Shown piece by piece: positions 37,697-48,656 of a DNA stretch of 64,000 nucleotides; positions within the stretch are counted from its first letter, which is position 1; each line of letters begins with the position of its first letter. The notes under the pieces were generated by a model, which ran no database searches, had not been told where the DNA came from, and worked only from the letters and a program-made list of their open reading frames with translations. The stretch comes from Labilithrix sp. (GTDB lineage Bacteria > Myxococcota_A > Polyangia > Polyangiales > Polyangiaceae), in NCBI GenBank assembly GCA_019637175.1, contig JAHBWD010000010.1, positions 62,715 through 126,714 of the forward strand, given 5' to 3'. The position numbers were made by a program, and so were the translations under genes.

Positions 37697-38265
37697 TGTC
37701 GCGCTCGATCCTCGCCGTCGAGATCTGCGCGAAGCTCGAGCCCGGCGGCCGCCTCCACACGGCGCTTCATCGCGCCGTGACGAGCCACCCGGCGAGCGCG
37801 TCGCTCCAGCAGAAGTGGCTCTTCTATCGCCATGTCATCGGCGAGCTCCTCGTCGCCGCGCCGCTCTTCGAGCGAGGCTGCTGGGATTACTTCGACGACG
37901 ACACGCGCGCGCGCGCCGACTACGAGCAGTGGGTCGGCGGCATGGTCACCGAAGAGGGCGCGCGGCCGAGCCCGTCGGGCAACGATCCGTACCGAGGCGA
38001 GACGCGATACCTGACGTTCACGATGGCCTTTCTCTTGCTCCAGAATTCGCCGTCCGATCTCGCCGTCCGTCGGCTCTGCGACATCCCCGAGCCGGCGCTG
38101 TGGCAGCGAGCGACGTTCCACCGCATCCTCTCGGGGATGGGCGTGCTCAACTTCGCGAGCGTGCAGAGCGACGTCGCCTACCTGATCCCGCGCGACGTGG
38201 GCTGGGGCCTCACGCGCGAGGATCTCGCGCAGCCGAAGTTCGACTACCTCCGCCCGTTGGTGTAG
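37696..38265 (+). CDS. Hypothetical protein (189 aa), translationally coupled to the preceding gene
   Basis: ATG at 37696 overlaps the upstream stop (TGATG). Balanced composition with Trp/Tyr/Phe and genome-typical codon usage. The 817-aa track ORF in this frame is junk upstream of this ATG. Confidence 0.55.
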   Translation: MSRSILAVEICAKLEPGGRLHTALHRAVTSHPASASLQQKWLFYRHVIGELLVAAPLFERGCWDYFDDDTRARADYEQWVGGMVTEEGARPSPSGNDPYRGETRYLTFTMAFLLLQNSPSDLAVRRLCDIPEPALWQRATFHRILSGMGVLNFASVQSDVAYLIPRDVGWGLTREDLAQPKFDYLRPLV

Positions 38266-38358
38266 TGGCCGATCGAGGGAGCCGAGGGCCAGGTTTCGGA
38301 GAGACGCGCGCGCGAATGGAATTCGAGCCGCCGTCCGCTAGGATGGTCCCTGCTTCCC

Positions 38359-39528
38359 ATGTCGCTTCGCAGACGCGTCGCCACCGCTTCGATCCTCGGC
38401 GCCGGTATGATCGTCGTCGCGAGCTGCGGCTCGCGGACGGGCCTCTTCGGGGTCGACGCGCTGCCCGACGGCGCGGCGATCGACGGCTCGGCGCGCGATC
38501 GCAACGATCCCGACGCGCCGGTGAAGTGCACGCCCGGCCGGTTCACGTTCGATCTCGCCATCGCCCAGCTCATGTTCGTCGTCGATCGATCGGGCTCGAT
38601 GTCGTTCGCCCTCGACGGCACGCAGCCGGGCGGCTTCGGCCTCCCGCCCGGCGTCCTGTCGCGCTGGGAGGTCCTGCGCGACGGCCTCGCGAAGAGCATC
38701 ACGCCGTACGACACGCAGATCGCGATGGGCGCGAAGTTCTACCCCGAAGAAGGCGGCAGCGACCCCAACGATCCCGACGACGGTTGCCGCACCGATCTCG
38801 GCGTCGCCATCGCCCCCGCGCCGGGCAACGCGCGCGCGATCCTCGACGTCTTCACGACGAGCACGCCGATCGGCGGAACGCCGACGTCCGAGGCGATCCG
38901 CCTGGCGGCGCAGTACATCACCGGCACCCGCGGCGTCGCCCGCACGATGGTCGTCGCGACCGACGGCGCGCCGAACTGCAACGGCGCGCTCAACCCCGAC
39001 ACGTGCACCTGCACCGCGCGGCGCCCCAACGGATCGCCGACGTGCCCTTCGGATCAGAGCGGCCACAACTGCCTCGACGATCTCCGCACGATCGGCGTCA
39101 TCCGAAACATCTTCGACAACCAGAAGATCCCGGTCTACGTGATCGGCATCGGCGGCTCGGAGCAGCCCGCCTTCATCAAGGCGCTCGACGACATGGCCGT
39201 CGCCGGCGGCCGCGCGAAGCCCGCGAGCCCCAAGTTCTACAACGTGCAGACCGCGACGGAGATGGACGACGCGCTGGCGAGCATCAGCAGCAGCGTCGCC
39301 GGGTGCACCTACCTCACGCCGTCGGCGCCGCTCGATCCCAACGCCATCAGCGTGGAGATCGACGGCGTCGCGGTCCCTCGCGATCCCACGCGGCAGAACG
39401 GGTGGGACTGGGTCGATCAGGCCTACGGTACGCTCGCGTTCTTCGGCTCCGCGTGCGACGCGGCGTCGAAGGGCGTCACGGGCGTCACGCCGAAGATCGG
39501 CGGCGTCGTTCGGTGCGAGAGCCCCTGA
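38359..39528 (+). CDS. Secreted von Willebrand factor A (VWA)-domain lipoprotein, Cys-rich; paralog 1
   Basis: Lipoprotein signal peptide with lipobox VVASCGS. MIDAS motif DRSGSM...T...D. About 14 Cys including CNGALNPDTCTCTARRPNGSPTC. 389 aa. Confidence 0.85.
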   Translation: MSLRRRVATASILGAGMIVVASCGSRTGLFGVDALPDGAAIDGSARDRNDPDAPVKCTPGRFTFDLAIAQLMFVVDRSGSMSFALDGTQPGGFGLPPGVLSRWEVLRDGLAKSITPYDTQIAMGAKFYPEEGGSDPNDPDDGCRTDLGVAIAPAPGNARAILDVFTTSTPIGGTPTSEAIRLAAQYITGTRGVARTMVVATDGAPNCNGALNPDTCTCTARRPNGSPTCPSDQSGHNCLDDLRTIGVIRNIFDNQKIPVYVIGIGGSEQPAFIKALDDMAVAGGRAKPASPKFYNVQTATEMDDALASISSSVAGCTYLTPSAPLDPNAISVEIDGVAVPRDPTRQNGWDWVDQAYGTLAFFGSACDAASKGVTGVTPKIGGVVRCESP

Positions 39529-39529
39529 C

Positions 39530-40705
39530 ATGCTGCGGTCGTTCGGGCTCCTTCGTCGCTTCGCGTGGGCCTGCGTGCTCGGCGGCGGCGTCGTCGCGAT
39601 CGCGAGCTGCGGATCGCGCACCGGCCTCTTCGGGGGCGACGCGATCGGGGCGCTCCCCGACGGCGGGCGCCTCGACGGCACCCTCGACGCCGGCCTCGAC
39701 GGCGCGGTGCCGTGCACGCCTGGGCGCTTCACGTTCGACCTCGCCGTCGCCCAGCTCATGTTCGTGATCGATCGATCCGGCTCGATGGCCTTCTCCCTCG
39801 GCGGCACGCAGCCCGACGGGGGCGCGCTCCCGCCCGGGGTCGAGTCGCGATGGCAGGTCTTGCGCGACGGCCTCTTCACCGCGATCACGCCGTTCGCGAA
39901 CACGCTCGCGATGGGCGCGAAGTTCTATCCCGAGGAGCACGACCCGGGGCCCAACCCCCCGTCGGTCGCCTGCCGCACCGACGTGGGCGTCGCGATCGCG
40001 CCCGCGCTCGGCAACGCGCAGTCGATCATCGACGTCTTCGACACGACGAGCCCCAACGGAGGCACGCCGACGGCGGAGGCCATCCGCCTCGGCGCGCAGT
40101 ACCTCACGGGCACGCGCGGCGTCGCCCGCACCATCGTCGTCGCGACCGACGGCGCTCCGAACTGCAACGAGCAGCTCGATCGAACGCGCTGCACGTGCAC
40201 CTCGACGACGGGCAACTGCGCGACGTCCCCCGGCGGCGAGTACAACTGCCTCGACGATCTCCGATCGATCAGCATCATCAAGGACATCTTCGAGAACCAG
40301 AAGATCCCGGTCTACGTCATCGGCATCGGAGGAACCGAGCGCCCCGCTTTCCTCAAGGTCCTCGACGACATGGCGCTCGCCGGCGGCCGCGCGCGCGCGA
40401 CCACGCCGCGGCACTACAACGTCCAGACCTCCGCAGAGATGAAGGAAGCGCTCGCGACCATCAGCGGGAGCGTCGCGCAGTGCACGTACCTCACGCCGTC
40501 GAGCCCCGTCGATCCCAACGCGATCACCGTCGAGATCGACGGTCGATCGATCCCGCGCGATCCCACGCGCACGAACGGCTGGGACTGGGTCGATCAGGCG
40601 TACGGCACGCTCGCCTTCTTCGGGCCCGCGTGCGACGCGGCCTCCGGCGCGAGCCCGCTCGGCGTTCCTCAGATCTCGGGCGTGGTTCGCTGCGAGAATC
40701 GCTGA
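39530..40705 (+). CDS. Secreted VWA-domain lipoprotein, Cys-rich; paralog 2 (tandem duplicate)
   Basis: 391 aa, about 60% identical to the upstream gene over the full length, with the same lipobox (IASCGS), MIDAS DRSGSM and Cys pattern. Starts 2 nt after the paralog 1 stop. Confidence 0.85.
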   Translation: MLRSFGLLRRFAWACVLGGGVVAIASCGSRTGLFGGDAIGALPDGGRLDGTLDAGLDGAVPCTPGRFTFDLAVAQLMFVIDRSGSMAFSLGGTQPDGGALPPGVESRWQVLRDGLFTAITPFANTLAMGAKFYPEEHDPGPNPPSVACRTDVGVAIAPALGNAQSIIDVFDTTSPNGGTPTAEAIRLGAQYLTGTRGVARTIVVATDGAPNCNEQLDRTRCTCTSTTGNCATSPGGEYNCLDDLRSISIIKDIFENQKIPVYVIGIGGTERPAFLKVLDDMALAGGRARATTPRHYNVQTSAEMKEALATISGSVAQCTYLTPSSPVDPNAITVEIDGRSIPRDPTRTNGWDWVDQAYGTLAFFGPACDAASGASPLGVPQISGVVRCENR

Positions 40706-40711
40706 TCGGCG

Positions 40712-42481
40712 ATGGAAGCGATCGCGCAGGCGCTCTTCGAAGCCGAAGGAACGCGCTCGCGCAAGACGAAGGTCGCCGCGCTCGCGCGCGCGCTCGACGG
40801 GACGAGCCGGCGTGACCCGGCCCGCCTGCCGTTCGTGGCGCGCTTCCTCACGGGCGTCCTCTTGCCGACCGACGACGAGCGCATCCTCGGCGCCGGCGGC
40901 GCGCTCGTCTTCGAGGCCGCCGCCATGGTCACGGGCATGTCGTACGAAGAGCTCGGCGCGCGGGCGCGCAAGAGCGGCGACCTCGGCACCGCGATCGGAG
41001 AGGCGATCGCGGCCGCCGGCAAGACGGTGCCCGGCCTTCGCCTCGAAGAGGTCGAAGAGGTCGCCCAGGCGCTCGCGGGCACCGGACAGCGCGGCGAGAA
41101 GCTCCGCGCGCTGCGCTCGGCCTTCGAGCGGTGCACGCCGCTGGAAGGTCGATACCTCGCGCGCGCCATCCTCGGCGAGATGCGCGTGGGCGCGAAGGAA
41201 GGCATCGTGCTCGACGCGATCGCCGCGGCGTTCGGCCGTGACGCCACCGAGGTCCGCCGCGCGGCGGGCCTCGTCACCGACGTCGGCGAGCTCACGCGCC
41301 TCGCCGCCGACGATCGCTTGGGCGAGGCGCGCATCGTCCTCGGGCGGCCGCTCGGCTTCATGCTCGCGACGCCGATCGAGAGCGCGCGCGGCGCGGATCT
41401 CTCGGCGCCGCACCTCGTCGAAGACAAGATCGACGGCGTCCGCGCGCAGGCACACGTCTCGCCGTCGAGCGTTCACCTCTTCGCGCGCGGCACCGGCGCG
41501 GTCACCGCGGCGTTCCCCGACGTCACGGGCCCGCTCGCCGACGCCGCGCGCGCGGGCGCGCTGCCGCCCGCGATCCTCGACGGCGAGATCGTCGTCGTCG
41601 CGCCCGACGGGCGGCCGCGCCCCTTCTCCGCGATCCAACCGCGCCTGAAGAAGACGGGACCCGACGACGCCCTCCTCCGCGATCACCCGGTGCACTACGT
41701 CGTCTACGATCTGCTCCTCGAAGGCGACGAATCGCTCCTCGCGCTCCCCTTCTCCGAGCGACGCGCGCGCCTCGCGAAGTGGGCCGAAGCCGCGCCGCCG
41801 CCGGTGCGCGTCAACGACGCGCGCGCGCTCTCGGGCAAAGACGCGATCGACGCCGAGTTCGACGCCGCGCGCGCGCGCGGCTTCGAGGGCCTCGTGCTCA
41901 AGCGCCTCGACGCCCCCTACGCCGCGGGCGTCCGCGGGTTCGCGTGGCTCAAGGTCAAGAAGGCCCTCGGCACGCTCGACGTGGTGGTCGTCGCCGCGGA
42001 GCGCGGTCACGGAAGACGCGCGGGCGTCCTCAGCGACTACACCTTCTCCGTTTGGAGCGAAGGTGAGCTCCTCACCGTCGGCAAGGCGTACAGCGGCCTC
42101 ACCGACGAGGAGATCAAGACGATGACCGCGCGCCTCGAGACGATCGCGATCGGCGAAGAGCGCCACGGGTACCTCGCGGTCCACCCGCAGATCGTCCTCG
42201 AGGTCGCCTTCGACGGTCTTCAGAGGTCTGACCGGCACTCGAGCGGCTTCGCGCTGAGGTTCCCGCGCATCGCGCGCATCCGCGACGACAAACGGCCCGA
42301 GGACGCCGACACCCTCGAGGCCGTGCGGGCGCTCTGGGACGCGCAGCTCCAGAGCGGCCACCGCGAGGATCTGACGGCGAAGGACCGCAAGAAGACGGCC
42401 AAGAAGGGGGGCCGCCGCTCCGGCCGGCGCCCGGACGTTCGACAGAAGTCCAAGCAGCTGAAGCTTTTCGAGGACGACTGA
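40712..42481 (+). CDS. ATP-dependent DNA ligase (Lig I/LigB-like, with N-terminal DNA-binding domain) carrying a C-terminal basic tail ending in QLKLFEDD
   Basis: 589 aa. Adenylation motif I EDKIDGVRAQ (KxDG), motifs III-VI recognisable (…LDGEIVV…, …EGLVLKRLD…YAAG…R, …WLKVKK…) plus an OB domain. The C-terminal 40 aa is Lys/Arg-rich and ends in a QLxLF motif. Confidence 0.9.
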   Translation: MEAIAQALFEAEGTRSRKTKVAALARALDGTSRRDPARLPFVARFLTGVLLPTDDERILGAGGALVFEAAAMVTGMSYEELGARARKSGDLGTAIGEAIAAAGKTVPGLRLEEVEEVAQALAGTGQRGEKLRALRSAFERCTPLEGRYLARAILGEMRVGAKEGIVLDAIAAAFGRDATEVRRAAGLVTDVGELTRLAADDRLGEARIVLGRPLGFMLATPIESARGADLSAPHLVEDKIDGVRAQAHVSPSSVHLFARGTGAVTAAFPDVTGPLADAARAGALPPAILDGEIVVVAPDGRPRPFSAIQPRLKKTGPDDALLRDHPVHYVVYDLLLEGDESLLALPFSERRARLAKWAEAAPPPVRVNDARALSGKDAIDAEFDAARARGFEGLVLKRLDAPYAAGVRGFAWLKVKKALGTLDVVVVAAERGHGRRAGVLSDYTFSVWSEGELLTVGKAYSGLTDEEIKTMTARLETIAIGEERHGYLAVHPQIVLEVAFDGLQRSDRHSSGFALRFPRIARIRDDKRPEDADTLEAVRALWDAQLQSGHREDLTAKDRKKTAKKGGRRSGRRPDVRQKSKQLKLFEDD

Positions 42482-42501
42482 GGTCCTGTAAGCTGCGCCG
42501 C

Positions 42502-42753
42502 ATGCGCAAGGTCTCTCGTCTTCTCGTCGTCCTCCTCGTCATCGCCGGCGTCTTCGCGTGCAACAGCGACATCGGTGAGGAATGTGACAACGAAGGCAAG
42601 GTCGGCGGCGAGTGCGTCGAGGGCGCCGTCTGCGGTTCGGTGAAGGGCTCGCTCGTCTGCCTCAAGCAGTGCACCAACCCCGCGGATTGCGGGAGCAATC
42701 AGACGTGCGGCTCCGTCGCCAACACGACGCTCCGCGGCTGCCGCGACAACTGA
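42502..42753 (+). CDS. Small secreted Cys-rich lipoprotein (83 aa, 9 Cys)
   Basis: Signal peptide with lipobox VFAC. The mature part has a regular Cys spacing (CDNEGKVGGECVEGAVCGS...CLKQCTNPADCGSNQTCGS...C), suggesting a disulfide-knotted fold. Confidence 0.5.
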   Translation: MRKVSRLLVVLLVIAGVFACNSDIGEECDNEGKVGGECVEGAVCGSVKGSLVCLKQCTNPADCGSNQTCGSVANTTLRGCRDN

Positions 42754-42769
42754 ATCCAGCTCGCCGCGC

Positions 42770-45037
<2,268 letters not shown>

Positions 45038-45283
45038 CGCCGCGCTGCTTAGCACCGCGACCGCCTCCGGAGCGAGCAGTCGAGACACGCCCGAAAAGCG
45101 CGGAATTCTCGCGGTCGAACGGCCATGTACGACCATGTCATACATCTCGACGAACACCGCTTGCTTCCGCGGCAACCAACTGGCAAATCACGCGGCCCCG
45201 TCTGGGGGCCGAGCGAGACGAGGCAGCAGTTGGCGAAATCCGAGAGTCCGGCCCGCGCCGGGAAGCCCGTTGGCCAGACCGAA

Positions 45284-47494
45284 GTGAATGCTTTGGCGGG
45301 CCTCTTGTGGCTGGTGCGCGCGATTCGCAAGCAGTGGGCGATCGTCCTCGCGATCGTGCTCCTGGCCGGGGCCGGCTCGCTCGCATACTCGAAGACGCTC
45401 CCGAAGATCTACGCCGCCCAGACGCTCATCGAGTTCGATCCCGACGTCATCAAGCCGCTCGGCAACAAGGCCGATCCGATGATCGGCTGGAGCGCCGTCT
45501 GGGACACGCGCGAATACTACGAGACCCAGTACAAGATCATGCAGAGCGACCGCGTTCTTTCGAGCGTCGTTCGCGATCTGTCACTCCAAAACGACGCCGA
45601 CTTCCTCGGCTACCGACCGTCGGCGCCCGCGCCGCTCGACAACACGATCGTCGCCCTCCGGAGCCGCCTCACCGTCGAGCCGGTCAAGGGCAGCCGACTC
45701 GTCCTCATCAAGATTCAAGACACCAACCCTGCCCAGGCGCGGCGCCTCTCGGAGGCGGTCGCCCGCGCGTACATCCAGCAGAACCTCGAGAAGATGGTCA
45801 GCGCGACCGGCGACACGGTCGTGTGGCTCTCCGGGCAGCTCGATCACTTCAAGCAAGAGCTCGAACAGACCGAGAACTCGCTGCACGATTTCAAGAAGCA
45901 GAACGATCTCCCCTCGAGCACGCTCGACGACTTGTCGAAGATGATCCGGCTCGAGATGCAAGAGTACGACAGCGCGCTCACGCGCACGCGTATGCGCCGA
46001 TCGGAGCTTACGGCCCGACACTCCGAGCTGGCGAAGATCACCCCGGAGAACCCCGATCAGGTGCCCGCCTCGGAGCTGCTCGCGAACGTGTTCTTGAGCG
46101 GTCTCCGTACGCAATATCAAGCCGCGATGCGCGAGCGCGCCGAGCTCATCGCCGAGGGCAAGGGCGAGAATCACCCCGCGGTGAAGAAGGCCGACGAGAA
46201 GATCGCCCTCACCAAGACCCATCTCCTCTCCGAGATCCGCAACATCCAGGGCGCCGTCGCGCGCGATCTCGCCGTCATCGAGCGACAGGAGGGCGGCGAG
46301 GCCGCGCTCTACGAGGCGTCGCGCAAGAAGGCCGTCGAGCTGAACCTCAAGGAGCTCGAGTTCCATCGCCTCGACCGGATGCGGGCTCAGAACGAGAAGC
46401 TCTACGCCGTCTTGCTCGAGCAGCTCAAGGAGGCCGACCTCCGCCGGATGATGAACACGAACAACATCCGGATCGTCGATACGCCCGTCGAGCCGAAGGA
46501 TCCGTTCGCGCCGCGCGTGTCGGCCAACGTCGGCATCGCGTTGCTCATCGGTCTCGTCGTGGGCATCGCCCTCGCAGCGCTGCGAGAACAGCTCGACAAC
46601 ACGCTCAAGACGCCGGAGGACGTCGAGGGCAGACTGAACATCACGTTCCTTGGCCTTCTTCCCGAGGTCGTCGACGACGACGAGGAGGGCGCCAAACGGC
46701 GGCCCTTGCGAAGGAGCCGTCGCCTCAAGACCGAGCTGCCGCCCGAGCTCCTCGTGCACGAACGTCCGCTCTCGGGCATCGCCGAGGCGGCGCGTTCGCT
46801 CCGCACGAACCTGATGTTCATGAACCCCGACGAGCCGTTCCGTCGCATCCTCGTCACGAGCGCCGCGCCCTCGGAGGGCAAGACGACCGTCGCGGTGAGC
46901 ATCGCCGTGTCGTTGGCGCAAGGCGGCCAGCGCGTCTGCATCATCGACTGCGATCTTCGCCGGCCGCGCCTGCACCGAATCTTCGATCGCGCGGGCGACA
47001 TCGGGCTCATGAACGCGCTCTTGGGTGAGGCGACGATCGAAGAGGTCGCGAAGCCGACCATCGTCCCCAACCTGAGCTGCATCCCCTGCGGCCCCATCCC
47101 GCCCAACTCGGCGGACGTCGTATCGTCCGACAAGTTCCGCCGCTTCCTCGACGACCTCTCGGAGCAGTTCGATCGCATCGTCCTCGACAGTCCTCCGGTG
47201 ATTGCCGTGACTGACTCGGCGATCCTCTCCACCCTCGTCGACGGCGTCGTGTTCGTCGTCCGCGCCTTCAAGACGAGCGCAGCGCTCTGCCGATCGGGCC
47301 TCCGAACGCTGCTCGACGTCGACGCCCCCATCGCAGGCGCCGTGCTCAACGCGGTCAACCTCAACCGCCACGAGTACAGCTACTACCAGTACTACTACTA
47401 CAAGCGTGAAGGCTACGCCCCGATTGGGGCCGGCCCCGGCGGCGCGGCGCCGCCTACCGGCGGTGAACCTCCGCGTGCACCGCCGCCGAACTGA
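45284..47494 (+). CDS. Polysaccharide co-polymerase / tyrosine autokinase (Wzc/EpsB-like BY-kinase)
   Basis: Wzz-like periplasmic coiled-coil domain between two TM segments, then a cytoplasmic P-loop kinase (APSEGKTT Walker A, DCDLRRP, Walker B VLDSPPV) and a C-terminal Tyr cluster YSYYQYYYYKREGY. Start chosen at GTG 45284 just before TM1; the track ORF starts at 45125. Confidence 0.85.
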   Translation: MNALAGLLWLVRAIRKQWAIVLAIVLLAGAGSLAYSKTLPKIYAAQTLIEFDPDVIKPLGNKADPMIGWSAVWDTREYYETQYKIMQSDRVLSSVVRDLSLQNDADFLGYRPSAPAPLDNTIVALRSRLTVEPVKGSRLVLIKIQDTNPAQARRLSEAVARAYIQQNLEKMVSATGDTVVWLSGQLDHFKQELEQTENSLHDFKKQNDLPSSTLDDLSKMIRLEMQEYDSALTRTRMRRSELTARHSELAKITPENPDQVPASELLANVFLSGLRTQYQAAMRERAELIAEGKGENHPAVKKADEKIALTKTHLLSEIRNIQGAVARDLAVIERQEGGEAALYEASRKKAVELNLKELEFHRLDRMRAQNEKLYAVLLEQLKEADLRRMMNTNNIRIVDTPVEPKDPFAPRVSANVGIALLIGLVVGIALAALREQLDNTLKTPEDVEGRLNITFLGLLPEVVDDDEEGAKRRPLRRSRRLKTELPPELLVHERPLSGIAEAARSLRTNLMFMNPDEPFRRILVTSAAPSEGKTTVAVSIAVSLAQGGQRVCIIDCDLRRPRLHRIFDRAGDIGLMNALLGEATIEEVAKPTIVPNLSCIPCGPIPPNSADVVSSDKFRRFLDDLSEQFDRIVLDSPPVIAVTDSAILSTLVDGVVFVVRAFKTSAALCRSGLRTLLDVDAPIAGAVLNAVNLNRHEYSYYQYYYYKREGYAPIGAGPGGAAPPTGGEPPRAPPPN

Positions 47495-47506
47495 TCGCGC
47501 GCGAGG

Positions 47507-48610
47507 TCAGAATCCGACGACGAACGCGACGTTGCCGCTGATGAGGCCGATGCCCTGCGTGTCGTCGACGTTGACGCCGGGCTGAGGCGGCGGCAGCCCG
47601 CTGATGATCGCGACGCCAGCTCCGCCGTCGGCGCCGATCTCGAGGCCCACCTGCGGGCCGAAGACGTGGCGGTAGCCCAAGCGCCCGCGCGCGGCGATCA
47701 CGTTGCTTGCGACGTTCGTGGCCGTGCCGTAGCGCTCGTAGCCGGGGCCGAGGCCGAGGTAGATCTGGTTCGAGGCCCAGCGGTCGAGCGGCACGCGGAA
47801 CTCGAAGCCGAGGAACGTCTGCGGCCCGCCCTGCGAGGCGCCCTCGCCCGCGGTGCCGAAGCCGGCGTAGCCGATCTCGAGCAGGAACGAGGTGACCGGT
47901 CCGAACGAGTAGCGGAACGATGCGCCGATGGCGAAGCCGAAGTCGCTCGTCTGCCCGCCGGTGAAGAAGTAGCGCGGGAGCTGGAGGTACGGACCGATCG
48001 CGAAGCCGGTGCCGAAGCGGAGCGGCGAGCTCTCCGCCGCGTCGGCGAGCCGCTCTTGCGTCGCGTAGTAGTCGAAGCTCCTCTGCTGCTCGCCCTCTCG
48101 CGGACCGAGCGCGCCGCCGCTCGTCGCGCCGTCGGACCCGACGGTGATCGAGCCGCTCATGCCGGAGCTCTGCTCGCGATCGCGCACCTGCTGCGAAGAG
48201 AGCGCGCCGATGCCGACGGACTCTTCGAGGCGGGCGAGCCGATCACGGATCTGATCGGCGTCGGGCGCGTCGGGCCGCGACGTCAGGTAGGCGCGATAGT
48301 CCTCGATCGCGGGGAAAGGATGCTGGAGCTTCTCGTGGCAGAGGCCGCGGTCGCGACGGAGCGTCGGCTCGATCGTGACGCGGATGGCCGCGTCGAACGA
48401 CGGGAGCGCGCCCGCGCAGTCGCCGGCGCGCGCGCGCTGCCGCGCCGTGTTGCCGTCGACGCCTCCAGCTTCTTCGCGATGGAGGGTGAACTGGCTGCTC
48501 GAGCGGGCGGGCCCGGGAGCGCCGCCCTGCGGCGCCGCGATCGCCGCGCCGGGCACCACGAGCACGAACGAGAATCCCCACAACAGAGGCAGACGCCGCC
48601 GCGAGCGCAT
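47507..48610 (-). CDS. Putative outer-membrane beta-barrel protein
   Basis: Signal peptide present. The C-terminal half is Gly/Tyr/Phe-rich with alternating hydrophobic residues and ends ...VAFVVGF (C-terminal Phe, the OMP signature). Confidence 0.55.
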   Translation of the reverse strand: MRSRRRLPLLWGFSFVLVVPGAAIAAPQGGAPGPARSSSQFTLHREEAGGVDGNTARQRARAGDCAGALPSFDAAIRVTIEPTLRRDRGLCHEKLQHPFPAIEDYRAYLTSRPDAPDADQIRDRLARLEESVGIGALSSQQVRDREQSSGMSGSITVGSDGATSGGALGPREGEQQRSFDYYATQERLADAAESSPLRFGTGFAIGPYLQLPRYFFTGGQTSDFGFAIGASFRYSFGPVTSFLLEIGYAGFGTAGEGASQGGPQTFLGFEFRVPLDRWASNQIYLGLGPGYERYGTATNVASNVIAARGRLGYRHVFGPQVGLEIGADGGAGVAIISGLPPPQPGVNVDDTQGIGLISGNVAFVVGF

Positions 48611-48656
48611 GTACGAAGGTTACGTCACGCGAAGGGCGGGCTCCAAAAAACGCGGA

